Source: a virus (Duplodnaviria; Caudoviricetes). Taken from it: a stretch of DNA of 64,000 nucleotides. The stretch's first letter is position 1, and every line of letters begins with the position of its first letter. A model generated the notes under the pieces. That model was not told the DNA's origin. It ran no database searches and was given only the letters and a program-made list of their open reading frames with translations. This document shows positions 20,271-30,216 of the stretch, piece by piece. The stretch is from IMG/VR virus record IMGVR_UViG_3300033067_002581, positions 90,908 through 154,907 of that record. The stretch is one strand, 5' to 3'. Made by a program: the position numbers and the translations under genes.

Positions 20271-20286
20271 GTGCTCTCTTGTCGAT

Positions 20287-20292
20287 TAATTA
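20287..20292 (-). promoter_or_regulatory. Candidate late promoter TAnTTA (TAATTA)
   Basis: 17 bp upstream of structural gene start 20270; overlaps upstream stop codon. Confidence 0.3.
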
Positions 20293-21870
20293 TGCTCTTG
20301 CGTCCCGCACGCTGATCTTGACTGATTTCGCTTTAAGCGCATCTACGCTAACGATCTGCAAAGAATAGAAGCCCTCAAGAGACGTTGTAACGATCCTCTG
20401 GCTCTTTCCAGACCTCGTCGTCACATTGATGCACTGAGGCGTAAAATACACTGACATCTTTGACTTTCCTGACTCAAAGATAACGTCTGGAAACGGATCA
20501 GACGTATAAAAGAGATTTGGGTATGCTTTCGGGCACCCTTGTGGCACCAATCGCGTGAGTCTACTGTTAGAACCATTCACAGACAGGCGTAACTGCGCAG
20601 AATAACCTGACGACATACCGTGAGCGTCTATGCTAGCTAACGCATAGATGTCATTGCTGACAAACGTCACGTCAGAAAAATGATTCTGTGGATCCGTGGA
20701 TCTGATCGTTCGCTCTGGTGTCTCAGCTGAGACAACTGGCGAGCTGCTAAAATCCAGCTCAACTAACAATCTAAAAGGCTCATACAGCGAGGCTCTCTTG
20801 TAGACCTGAAACTTCATGATATCTCGCTGTTTGTTAACAGGCATTGACCACGTCAGAAGCGCTGCTTTGTCACGAAGCGAGACAACAAAATCAGCGGGAG
20901 GTGGTGGAAAATCTGTCTCAACACAGCTAACGTCGCAGATCGTACCCGATGACGCGCACGACACTGTCACGACACCCATCTGGTTGCCATCTAACGCTGG
21001 TATGCGAACGTCCGCGATCACCTTCACCACAAATCGATACGTAGCGCCATATTTGACGGCGGGTTCCGCATACACGATCGAGCGCTGCGCCGGGACATAT
21101 CTCTTCGTTAGGAATTTTGCGCCACCAGAAACACCTATCTGATATTTCTCAATGAGAAAACCCCTGATAGAGATTGGTGACACTGTAGCCGTGGTGTCCG
21201 TCGGTGAAAACGCTCCGACGCTAAGCGCTGGCGGATCCTGTATCCATCCACTAGCGATTGACGATGATTGCGTCTGTTTCACTGTATCAGCGGTCGCGGC
21301 AGCCGAGCCAGCTGTTGGAGTCATCACGCTTTCAGCCATCTTAGCGATCAGATCTCCAACGATTTTAGAGTTCAGTCTGGCGATGATCGACGCTCTGTCG
21401 GCTGCTTTGAATTCATCATACGTCTGTGGTGATGACTGGATCAGCTGGTTCATAGCGCCGCCGAGCGCAGACGTGGTGACATTCGCTGGTGTCGCTGCGT
21501 CAAGTGACGCAGCGATCTGTTTTCTTGAGACACCAGCGACTTCACCTGCAGTGCTAAGAAGCAACGTAGAACCAGAGACGGCTGACACGAAAGCGTCAGA
21601 CACACGAGAGCCGTCGATCTTCACAAGTGAAAAATCGCCGTTTAAAAAATCGCACTCAGATACTGTGACGCTTGGCTCGTCTCCCGGAGAGATGTTATGT
21701 CCGGGTGACATGATTCGCAGCTCAACGTACCTCAAAGGATCTACGCTATCGATCTCGTCTGGCTCTGTCGAGCTTTCGTCTGGTGCGTACCGACCATACA
21801 CAAACCTTCCAGAGACGCTTGGCTCACCGATATCGAGTACCATCAATTCGCGAGAAAACGAGCTTCTCAT
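20290..21870 (-). CDS. Virion protein with fibronectin type III-like domain
   Basis: PPPPADFVVS..LLTWSMP..FQVYKR..FSD..IYALASIDAHGMSS FN3-like pattern. Confidence 0.6.
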   Translation of the reverse strand: MRSSFSRELMVLDIGEPSVSGRFVYGRYAPDESSTEPDEIDSVDPLRYVELRIMSPGHNISPGDEPSVTVSECDFLNGDFSLVKIDGSRVSDAFVSAVSGSTLLLSTAGEVAGVSRKQIAASLDAATPANVTTSALGGAMNQLIQSSPQTYDEFKAADRASIIARLNSKIVGDLIAKMAESVMTPTAGSAAATADTVKQTQSSSIASGWIQDPPALSVGAFSPTDTTATVSPISIRGFLIEKYQIGVSGGAKFLTKRYVPAQRSIVYAEPAVKYGATYRFVVKVIADVRIPALDGNQMGVVTVSCASSGTICDVSCVETDFPPPPADFVVSLRDKAALLTWSMPVNKQRDIMKFQVYKRASLYEPFRLLVELDFSSSPVVSAETPERTIRSTDPQNHFSDVTFVSNDIYALASIDAHGMSSGYSAQLRLSVNGSNSRLTRLVPQGCPKAYPNLFYTSDPFPDVIFESGKSKMSVYFTPQCINVTTRSGKSQRIVTTSLEGFYSLQIVSVDALKAKSVKISVRDARA

Positions 21871-24800
21871 TTCAACGTCTCTATACTGACTAGAAATGAC
21901 GTCAGTTCATCAGAGGTACCGTCACTCGCGTTCTCTATCTCTTCTAGAGACGCACCCGCAAGCTGCGAGGCCTGCGTATCAACCTTCATAGATCGCTTGT
22001 CGATCGGTAGTATAAACACGCGATCAAATTTTCGCGCGGCAACAACTCGCTGTGCAATGGTCAGCGGATCCGTAAGCTTCGACGTTATGATCCCGGCTGA
22101 CGCTATGATAGAGTTTGATGCCGCCGCGACGTTTGACTGTTTTTCCGTCAGCACAACAGACGTACCTGGAAAGGGTGGCGCTTTCTGAATCGCTGCCTGT
22201 GAAGCGCCAACGACCAAAGGTGCCACTGAACTACTTGATCTTGCTGGCGGCGCCTGCACCGTTGCGCCACGTAACACGCGCGTCTCAAAAAGAACATTCA
22301 CAAGCTCAGTATCAAACTGCGTCGCCTGTGGCAGAAGCAACCAGCGCGTCTCATCTAAATCTAGACCAAACGTAACCCTTAGCATAGTTTCCAAGCAATA
22401 CGAAACAGCGTGATTTTTAGCGATGTCTCGCTTCTGTCGCAGAGTCAACCAACTATAATCATCACCTGACATCGCTAGCGTCCCAAGCTGCGCAGCCTCT
22501 GCAGCGAATTCGATGCCAGATGACGCGTCAGATGCGTGTCGCCTCGTTGGAATCAACGACCAAGAATTGACAGGCGTAAACATCGCATGCTTCGCCTGAT
22601 CTCTGACAGTAAATCGCAACAGATCAAACGTGTATGATACAGGTTGAAAGATGACTCGCGAGCGAAGCATATCTCTTTTTGAGATGATGACGTTGATTAT
22701 ATCGCTGTTTGGTTGTGAGACAAAGACCTGATCATCAGCGACTCGCTTCCCAAATGATGACATGAAACCATATGGTAAGCCAACCGCTATCACCGAGCCG
22801 CTGGCGTTCTGACAAACGTCAGAGACTATCTGAGCTGTGTTCTGAGTCAGAAACTGTCCATCAGTGACATATTTGTCAGACGCTTTCGTCGATGAGATCG
22901 CGTCTGTTAGCACGCTATCGATGATAGCGATCTGCTCTGGTGTCATGATGTATCTCGCTGAGTCTCCAGCAGCTCTTTTGACTAATTGCAAATTCTGCTG
23001 ACTAGCCTGTGATGACAAGAGATCGATAATAGATTTCGCTGCGCTCGAGACTAGAGACAGAAACGAATGCAGCGAGACATTAAGCTCCAGTAGAGAATTT
23101 TCAGCACTAAGCACTTGCGCGCTTGTCAACGCTGAACGCGTCGGGATCATCGTCATAGCATACACATCAGTAAGCGTACTTGAGACTATGACGCTTGTCA
23201 CCGTCTGGTTTGACGCGATCACGACGATCGAATAAAAGAACAGAAGAACGCATAGATCAGACACGCTGGAATATAGTGTCTTTGAATCGCGCTGCACGTA
23301 CCTGAAAGCGTTCAGCACATCAGCAAAAAACTGCGAGATCGACCAGAACAGCCCTGTTCGACTTTGCAGCGCCGCTGCAAGATCGTTTCTGGTGAACGAA
23401 TAATCAAAAGCGGGAGGGAGCGCTCCGGTACCTTGAAAGATGCGTTTTGTCAGCGCATCTAAAGCAGCTAGTGAGAGCGGCGTGATCTGAGCAGGATCTC
23501 TGGCACTGACAAATGTCGTTCCGTCATCATAATAGAGTGACATTCGAGAAATCACATAGCAGAACAGCGCAGACGATAGCTCAAAATCCGTTGATGCTAA
23601 CCGCAATATCATCGCAAATGGATCTGGCGACGTCGATTGAGCGCTCGTCAGTTTTGATAAGACGATCTGCGACAGATCGTCTGCGTGTTTTAGGTGCTCA
23701 TACAGTGACGCTGAATCAGTGCGAGGTGGCTCTCTGACGACGTCTATCCAATGCGCCAGTACTCGCGCTGTTTTGTTCGTCATCATATACAGATCTGTCA
23801 TCGCATTTAACGAAAACACGTTGTCGCTAGTACCAAGCAGCGTCTCAAAGTACGCTCGCTGGCCTGGGATGCTATCGCCTATGTACGCGTCCTCATAGAC
23901 GAGGACGCGCTTATCACCAATGACAGACGCGGCTGTGCTCATACACGAGCCAGTCACCTGCGTAGACAGGACAGATCTTCCTAATGAACCATATAACGCT
24001 TCTGATATCGCCTGAAAGTTTTGCGTTGGGCGCTGTCTCTCAAGAGAAGAGAGAACGCGGTCAAACGAGTTAACGGACGCAGCGGCAGAGAGCCTGTACT
24101 CTCTTGACAATGTGACGAGTAGCGTTGAGAGGCTGTTGCTTTTTTTGACTATAGAATCCAGCAGCCTAACACCAGACAGCGTCTTGCTGAGCAGCTGTGT
24201 GATCTTGTCAGCGGGTGTGTTTATGGCATCGCTAAGAGAAAGATCATTAAAGATCGTCAACGCTGAGCTTGTCTCGCTCGTGGCTGAGAATGAAGCGGCC
24301 GCTTCATTCTCAGCCACGAGCGATATCTTCTCTAAAAGAGCCGTTGGCAACGCTGCTCGACGAGCGGCCTCGCACAGCAGCATAAACGCCTTAGTGGCTG
24401 TGCAATGTTCAATGAACACGTCTTCGCTAACATGTCCAGATGATTGCAACGCCTTTGCAGGAGTCTGCTGTGGCATCGCGCTCGAGCTTGTAAAGAGATC
24501 AGCTGACGCATCAAGATAAGCACTCGTCAGCCTGTTCTCGCTAGACCGTGGATCTAAAGCACGACGCAGTGACTCAAAATTCGCAGAGATCGAGATCAGA
24601 AACTGCTGAACGGCTTTGATTGCGTCGCTTGAACCGTCGATGTCACGACTGTTTATCAGGTCTCTGACGGACGTTTCAACCTCGGCAGCTGCGGCGAGTT
24701 CTCTCTCTATGTGAGAGAGCCTGAGAGCGTCAGTCTGAACTCGAAGGTTGAAACAAGACGCGATCGAACCACCAGCGATCGATCCAGAGAATTGACCATA

Positions 24801-25076
24801 ATCAGCCAGACACAGGAGCTCTGGAACGTCTGGCGCGAAACCAGTCAACTTCTCTATCTCCGCTTTTCCAAGCTGATCAATCGTAGATCTTGCCTGGCGC
24901 TCGATCGTCACAACGGAGACGTTATTAATGACCGCTGGCGCTGGTTTTGGTTGCGTCGGTGGCTGAGGCGCTGGCGCAGGAGCTGGCGTCGCGGAGGGGA
25001 GCGTTTGAACCTGCTTCACTCTTGGTGGAGGGGCGGGAAACGTTGCACCCGATGACGTTGGCGTCAGAGTTATCAT
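21867..25076 (-). CDS. Large hypothetical protein (1069 aa) with Pro-rich N-terminus, probably virion-associated
   Basis: Long ORF coupled to neighbours in the structural operon; PAPAPAPQPP linker. Confidence 0.55.
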   Translation of the reverse strand: MITLTPTSSGATFPAPPPRVKQVQTLPSATPAPAPAPQPPTQPKPAPAVINNVSVVTIERQARSTIDQLGKAEIEKLTGFAPDVPELLCLADYGQFSGSIAGGSIASCFNLRVQTDALRLSHIERELAAAAEVETSVRDLINSRDIDGSSDAIKAVQQFLISISANFESLRRALDPRSSENRLTSAYLDASADLFTSSSAMPQQTPAKALQSSGHVSEDVFIEHCTATKAFMLLCEAARRAALPTALLEKISLVAENEAAASFSATSETSSALTIFNDLSLSDAINTPADKITQLLSKTLSGVRLLDSIVKKSNSLSTLLVTLSREYRLSAAASVNSFDRVLSSLERQRPTQNFQAISEALYGSLGRSVLSTQVTGSCMSTAASVIGDKRVLVYEDAYIGDSIPGQRAYFETLLGTSDNVFSLNAMTDLYMMTNKTARVLAHWIDVVREPPRTDSASLYEHLKHADDLSQIVLSKLTSAQSTSPDPFAMILRLASTDFELSSALFCYVISRMSLYYDDGTTFVSARDPAQITPLSLAALDALTKRIFQGTGALPPAFDYSFTRNDLAAALQSRTGLFWSISQFFADVLNAFRYVQRDSKTLYSSVSDLCVLLFFYSIVVIASNQTVTSVIVSSTLTDVYAMTMIPTRSALTSAQVLSAENSLLELNVSLHSFLSLVSSAAKSIIDLLSSQASQQNLQLVKRAAGDSARYIMTPEQIAIIDSVLTDAISSTKASDKYVTDGQFLTQNTAQIVSDVCQNASGSVIAVGLPYGFMSSFGKRVADDQVFVSQPNSDIINVIISKRDMLRSRVIFQPVSYTFDLLRFTVRDQAKHAMFTPVNSWSLIPTRRHASDASSGIEFAAEAAQLGTLAMSGDDYSWLTLRQKRDIAKNHAVSYCLETMLRVTFGLDLDETRWLLLPQATQFDTELVNVLFETRVLRGATVQAPPARSSSSVAPLVVGASQAAIQKAPPFPGTSVVLTEKQSNVAAASNSIIASAGIITSKLTDPLTIAQRVVAARKFDRVFILPIDKRSMKVDTQASQLAGASLEEIENASDGTSDELTSFLVSIETLK

Positions 25077-27028
25077 GAGACGTATCCTGTCGGACCTAGC
25101 ACAAAGCCGCTGACGATGAGCTGTAGGTCAAGTATCGCCGCAGCGTAGGTGACGGAGCCGCCTGTTGAGACGCGATGATAGATCTTAGTCGCTGCGTTTC
25201 GTGAATTAACAAATCCCACTAGCTCAAAATCGCCAGCCGTCGTTAACGCGATGATAACGTACCCATCTCTGTCAGAGTGCATCAGATCAGATATCGTGAT
25301 CGCCATCAGATCAGATCTGATCTGCTCTATCGAGAGCGTCACGCTTGAAACATCAGAAGGCTGTACTGTTACGTCAGTCACAGCTATTATCAGAGATGCA
25401 CCAGAAATAGCGTCTTCGATCGAGTGTCTCAGTTGGCGAGAGTTAGACCTAGAGATCAAACCGTCAGTGATCGCATGAGGATGTTTGAACACGTACGGAG
25501 CGTAAACATATGGTTGAACAGCGGAGCCAGACACGAGCTTATCATAATGAAGCAGTGACTCTGGATCTCTAACTGAGAGATACACACTATATCGCAGATC
25601 CGTCAGTGATTCATCATAGGGAATCAGATCAGAAAAACTACCGCTAGAAGAAATGCCAAGCTGCGTCTCTGCACCTGTGACGCGATCACTGCGCGTCACA
25701 GAAAACACGTGCGCTTGATCATACATCTCTCGCTGTGCCATGAGCTCATCATTGAAGAATCCAGCGCTAGGATCAGCGTTGATGATCCTCCTAGACGACG
25801 AGGCATCACCAACCAACGAATCAGCGCTGATGTTAAACGTGACGAGCGTGCCGTCTCTCGATGATGACGTCTTGACATCACTTATCTTTGGTCGCTGCGT
25901 CGTATTCACGCCTGATAACACGACTTTTTGACACGGAAGTTTTACGCAGTTAGACCCAGCGAGTAGCGTAACACTATATTGATGCATGTCTGGTTGCGGT
26001 TCATCTCTGACTGAGACTGCGTCTTTACCTGACGCAGTTATCACGGCAATTTGAGTCTTGACTCCGTTAGTCACTCGCCAAATCATAACGACATCAACGT
26101 CATGTAAATCTGTCACATTGATGTCAAATCCCGTCTCGTTTCGTATGACGCAAAACCTTCCTGAGGCTCTGGAAACCGTAGCATGTGCAGGCACGATCAC
26201 ACGACTGCCGTTTGACAGCTCTGTCAACGATCGATCTGACGCGATTGCTATAAGTTCACATGCGTTTGTAGACGAGCGTGGTACGCTTATATCAGCGCGT
26301 CCAACAAATTGTGCAAGCGTCTCAAATTTTTGAGGCGCCGTCCATCCGATCTCACGTTTCATCAGGATGACGAAACGGTCATTACCGTTCACTGAAGCCG
26401 TTGAAACACCAGCGACGTTCCTTATAGTGATCGTCGGATTGGGAACTATCGCTTTTATCTTCGAGATCTTGTCAAGCAGCGACACCTCAGTTGAGACAGA
26501 ACCAACAGACTCGCCAGAAACACTTGTAGCTATGACAGTTAGCGTTAGTGGTTGTAGCGCATCAGACAAGGCGATCTTTAAAACACAAGAGTGAGAAAAA
26601 TCATCTGCCAGCCTTGGCGTCAAGATCGCAGAGCGCATCTGAGCTTCAAGCTCATACGCCGTCATCTCAGCGATCATCCTGATATCATCACAACCATGCA
26701 CAAGAGCTTTTCTCGGAGCATCCTTCAAGTGTTTTTTTGGTTTGATGACATCTCTCCGCAGAGAATCAAGCTGCGGCATAGCTGGGATGGCTTGCGCGGT
26801 GTCTAGTGGGATGATGGTTTTTGGTAAGATGTCTGAAATATCAGAGACAGCCTGTGATCTCTGGATCCTCACATCTGAGCGATTGTATGCAGACACGCGA
26901 GCGTTGACCGCTGGTTCACTTAGCATTAGCCTTACGCGAACGTATGCATTTTCATCATCGATATTGAGGATCGACGCTGGATCGCGAGCGTACTTTACGC
27001 TTGACTGTCTCTTTTTAAAATTGATCAT
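25073..27028 (-). CDS. Hypothetical beta-rich (Ig-like) structural protein
   Basis: 651 aa ORF, alternating hydrophobic beta pattern, 4-bp overlaps on both sides. Confidence 0.55.
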   Translation of the reverse strand: MINFKKRQSSVKYARDPASILNIDDENAYVRVRLMLSEPAVNARVSAYNRSDVRIQRSQAVSDISDILPKTIIPLDTAQAIPAMPQLDSLRRDVIKPKKHLKDAPRKALVHGCDDIRMIAEMTAYELEAQMRSAILTPRLADDFSHSCVLKIALSDALQPLTLTVIATSVSGESVGSVSTEVSLLDKISKIKAIVPNPTITIRNVAGVSTASVNGNDRFVILMKREIGWTAPQKFETLAQFVGRADISVPRSSTNACELIAIASDRSLTELSNGSRVIVPAHATVSRASGRFCVIRNETGFDINVTDLHDVDVVMIWRVTNGVKTQIAVITASGKDAVSVRDEPQPDMHQYSVTLLAGSNCVKLPCQKVVLSGVNTTQRPKISDVKTSSSRDGTLVTFNISADSLVGDASSSRRIINADPSAGFFNDELMAQREMYDQAHVFSVTRSDRVTGAETQLGISSSGSFSDLIPYDESLTDLRYSVYLSVRDPESLLHYDKLVSGSAVQPYVYAPYVFKHPHAITDGLISRSNSRQLRHSIEDAISGASLIIAVTDVTVQPSDVSSVTLSIEQIRSDLMAITISDLMHSDRDGYVIIALTTAGDFELVGFVNSRNAATKIYHRVSTGGSVTYAAAILDLQLIVSGFVLGPTGYVS

Positions 27029-27897
27029 CTGTGTATCAGCAACGTGAACAGCCTAAGAAAAACAAGCGCGTTATTTGAATTACGCATGACCCTGCCATAG
27101 AACACGACTCTGCTAGAGCCAGCATACCCACAATCAACGGCGTGAAGCTTAGCGATCTTTCCTGACGACAGCTGAAACAGTTGAACCGCAATTCTGTTCT
27201 CTAACGGACGAGGCGCCATGAAAACATCAATCTTGTTCGTATCACGCAAAGCTCTAACATGTTCAGTCGCCGTCACAGGCGTCACGGGACCTATCGGCTC
27301 GTACCCTCCTTGCGCTTTACCATTAGCGACTGGCGGTAGATACGCAAAATTGAGAATATGCGAAAGGAGAGGATCCGCATAAAGCGGATCGCTATCGTTT
27401 ATCTCTTGCGTCTGCTCTCTACGTGAGAGCGGATCGCTATCACTAAGCGTAAACTCTACTGACGCTGGTGCTACGTCAAACTCGTTGTCTTCAAATGAAT
27501 CAACTGTCTGAAGCAGCGATTGAAATCGCAGTGCGTCTGTGGGATCTATGCTAACGACGATATCATCGTGATCATCTTGCGTTGCAGGAGTAAGCGTTGA
27601 ACCGCTAGCTATAAACGCGTTGCCGCCAGATATCACGAGACTGCTAGCGATCGAAGCCAGCAACGCACCAGATTCATCTGACGGAGCGGTGATTGTGTCC
27701 TGCTGCTTTTGTGTTGCCTCACACGCAAATTTTTCTGACGCATCAGCTAATGATAGATCGCTAGCTTTGTCATAGATCACGTCTGAATCTTCAAACGCAT
27801 AAAACGCTATGTCGATACCGCCACCTGATAGCTGACGGCGACCCTCAGTCGTCAGGATGGCGTCTACGATCCTCGTGTTATGATCAAGAATCCCCAC
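27025..27897 (-). CDS. Virion structural protein (MGILD...DAILTTEGR family)
   Basis: Paralogous N-terminus with 19554-20270. Confidence 0.6.
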   Translation of the reverse strand: MGILDHNTRIVDAILTTEGRRQLSGGGIDIAFYAFEDSDVIYDKASDLSLADASEKFACEATQKQQDTITAPSDESGALLASIASSLVISGGNAFIASGSTLTPATQDDHDDIVVSIDPTDALRFQSLLQTVDSFEDNEFDVAPASVEFTLSDSDPLSRREQTQEINDSDPLYADPLLSHILNFAYLPPVANGKAQGGYEPIGPVTPVTATEHVRALRDTNKIDVFMAPRPLENRIAVQLFQLSSGKIAKLHAVDCGYAGSSRVVFYGRVMRNSNNALVFLRLFTLLIHR

Positions 27898-28447
27898 TTA
27901 CTCTCTCTGTCTGCTCGTCAGCATAGTGCAGCTCTTCATGCTTCTTTGCCTTTCGCTGCTTCGCGCGTTTACCCTGATCGGAATTCATCTCGATCGTTTG
28001 TTCAGGAGCCACCTGAACGCTAGAGCGCGTATCATCCTGATTTTCGATCACCTGCGGTGTCACGTCACGTTCATCATTGATAGCACTCTCTCGCTGAGGC
28101 TGCGCCTTAAGCTGAGATGAGGTGTATGGCTTGGTGTGTGACAGACCCATCTTTTCGATCGCTGAGAGCGTGGCTCTTGATGCTGGCATATTTTTGTGTT
28201 TCCTTGACTCTCGCAGAGAGTCGTTGTATTGCTTAGATAGCTTGATTGCTTGGCGCAACGCCGCGAGAGAGTGTCTCATCAGGCGGCGCGCTCGAAGCCC
28301 GCTAGATTCAGCTAGCGTCTGCTGCTCGCGCGCCATCTCATCTTCAGCTAGCTTGAACGCGTCTCGAGCGTCGCACCAGACAGAGAGCAACTCAGCCTTG
28401 ATTCTCGTCGTCTCTTCCAACACGAGCAGTATCACCAAAGACGTCAC
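27884..28447 (-). CDS. Basic hypothetical protein, possibly Hc1/histone H1-like N-terminal part
   Basis: SGLRARRLMRHSLAALRQAIKLS resembles the Hc1-type G.RARK motif; Lys-rich tail; start uncertain. Confidence 0.4.
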   Translation of the reverse strand: MTSLVILLVLEETTRIKAELLSVWCDARDAFKLAEDEMAREQQTLAESSGLRARRLMRHSLAALRQAIKLSKQYNDSLRESRKHKNMPASRATLSAIEKMGLSHTKPYTSSQLKAQPQRESAINDERDVTPQVIENQDDTRSSVQVAPEQTIEMNSDQGKRAKQRKAKKHEELHYADEQTERVSGDS

Positions 28448-28628
28448 GTAGAGCCGAGCTTGTCGCGATCACTAGCTCGTGGTTCTCAAAAGATCTGCAT
28501 AGATCAGTGATAAGAACCTGTCGCTGATCATCCGTCAGACCAAACTCTTCAATCTTTCTAGCAAGCTTGTGAACGAACTCACGTTTCAATAACGTCGCGC
28601 TCGTGATATCAGACAGTAGATTTTGCAT
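28392..28628 (-). CDS. Small hypothetical protein
   Basis: 78 aa ORF in operon context. Confidence 0.5.
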   Translation of the reverse strand: MQNLLSDITSATLLKREFVHKLARKIEEFGLTDDQRQVLITDLCRSFENHELVIATSSALRDVFGDTARVGRDDENQG

Positions 28629-29070
28629 ATGTTGTCTCGATCTTAAAAAGCGTTGAACTGAAGATACGAAGAAATTTCACAACCTCTTCAGATCCAACTC
28701 TTTCTCTTTTTAGAATCACGAAGCCACCCCACAGCTCATGATCTATGATGTTACGCGCGTGCTGCCAGGTAGAGACATCTAACTCATACCCGCTTAGCAG
28801 CGTCACGAGTCTCTCTGGCATCGAGAGTTTGATCTCTTCGATCGTCTGCATCGCGCCTGTCAGCTCTGATCTTGGGATGATCTCCGATTTGCATATGTCT
28901 GTTACGCGATGAGTTATGCCACAGTTTGGACACTCGGCATATGAGACATCAACAACTCCATCTCTCAAAAGAGAGCAGACCAAAAACATAAATGTTTTTG
29001 GTGATTTACTGCTCTTGTTTTGTGAGAGAATGCACCGACATGACACCGCGTGTCGCTGGCTGGTTATCAT
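28609..29070 (-). CDS. Hypothetical protein with putative Zn-binding cysteines
   Basis: CRC...CPNCG..H...C. Confidence 0.6.
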   Translation of the reverse strand: MITSQRHAVSCRCILSQNKSSKSPKTFMFLVCSLLRDGVVDVSYAECPNCGITHRVTDICKSEIIPRSELTGAMQTIEEIKLSMPERLVTLLSGYELDVSTWQHARNIIDHELWGGFVILKRERVGSEEVVKFLRIFSSTLFKIETTYAKSTV

Positions 29071-29312
29071 TTCTTTAGCGTTGACACGAGCGTCTTTGTC
29101 GCGCCTGGCGCAGCTGATTCAGCCGCCGATCTAACGATCATGATGATCGTCTGAACATCTCTGTCAGAGATTGTTAGCTTTTTATCACGCTGAGCGGCGA
29201 CGACAGAGTTACTGATCTGATCAGCGATAGCGCCAGACAGATTCCAAACATATTTTTCGATCGCTTTCTGATCAATTTCTTTTGCGACGGGCTTTTGTTT
29301 CAAAGTTCTCAT
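29067..29312 (-). CDS. Small hypothetical protein (MRTLKQKP...)
   Basis: 3' part of track ORF 29067-29588; the upstream part is the antisense shadow of 29401-30216. Confidence 0.5.
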   Translation of the reverse strand: MRTLKQKPVAKEIDQKAIEKYVWNLSGAIADQISNSVVAAQRDKKLTISDRDVQTIIMIVRSAAESAAPGATKTLVSTLKK

Positions 29313-29332
29313 GTGAGAAGAATCTACCGTCA

Positions 29333-29338
29333 TAAATA
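29333..29338 (-). promoter_or_regulatory. Candidate late promoter TAnTTA (TATTTA); plus strand reads CATAAATA
   Basis: Divergent intergenic region heading the long leftward operon. Confidence 0.35.
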
Positions 29339-29400
29339 GAAATTGCAACATACGTTGCCAACAAAGAGCAGCGCAAAGACGACGCGCAAGGCAATACACT

Positions 29401-30216
29401 TTGCAGAACAATGACACAGTGAGACTCCCTCTGCTTGAGGCTATCGATGCCGAGCAGATGAATAGAGCGCTCAAAGCGCTCTCATTTATGAGAAAAATCG
29501 ATTTCTCAGCGATACCAGCGATTAGTGATGCGATCAAGTCGTCTGTTGACGATCTAAACAACAGCCTGACAAAAGATAGCGGAATCATAAAAAACGCTTC
29601 TGACGTCGTAAGTCGAGCTTTTCAAGCGCTTAAGGCTCGATCAACAGCGCCTCTGAAGACGCCGATAGGCCGCGCGATCGACATAGCGACAACGATCTCA
29701 AACGGGTTTGGCGCCATGCCAGGCATCATCGACGCAAACGTGCAGGATCCCGGCGCCGCAGCTGATAAAACGCTGACTGACGCCGTCACAGGTCGAGCTG
29801 ACGCAGTACAAAGCTTGATAAAAAAAGCGTTTTCTGGTGAGAACGTAAATAGCGAACGTGTCGCTGATGATATGATGCATATCAAGCTAAGCGTGATCGC
29901 TGATCTGACAAAGAAGATAAGGGCTGGCTCTGGAGCTAGAGACGCATTGGGTCTGATCGATAAGGCTCTCAAAGCTAAACAGACGGGTGCATCAAAACCT
30001 GAAGAGCCAAAGCACACCACGCCAAGCAAGCAGACAACGCCGACAAAACCAACGACTGGTGCGACGACGTCAAAAACTGTTCGTGATGAAAATCTCGCTG
30101 CGTTAAAACGTATACAGAGATCATCTGGTCTTGATCAGGCAACGTTCTCTAAAGCGTTAAAAGCGATCATTGACGGTGGTTACTCTCTATCAAAGAAACC
30201 AGCCGCTAGATCGTAG
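29401..30216 (+). CDS. Hypothetical Ala/Lys/Thr-rich protein in inverted orientation
   Basis: 271 aa ORF with TTPSK/TTPTK linker; only plus-strand gene in this block. Confidence 0.6.
   Translation: MQNNDTVRLPLLEAIDAEQMNRALKALSFMRKIDFSAIPAISDAIKSSVDDLNNSLTKDSGIIKNASDVVSRAFQALKARSTAPLKTPIGRAIDIATTISNGFGAMPGIIDANVQDPGAAADKTLTDAVTGRADAVQSLIKKAFSGENVNSERVADDMMHIKLSVIADLTKKIRAGSGARDALGLIDKALKAKQTGASKPEEPKHTTPSKQTTPTKPTTGATTSKTVRDENLAALKRIQRSSGLDQATFSKALKAIIDGGYSLSKKPAARS

Noticed and set aside
21152-21889. Long antisense ORFs such as 21152-21889, 6066-6692 and 38893-39489
   Set aside because: In-register antisense shadows of well-supported genes, with no recognisable motifs
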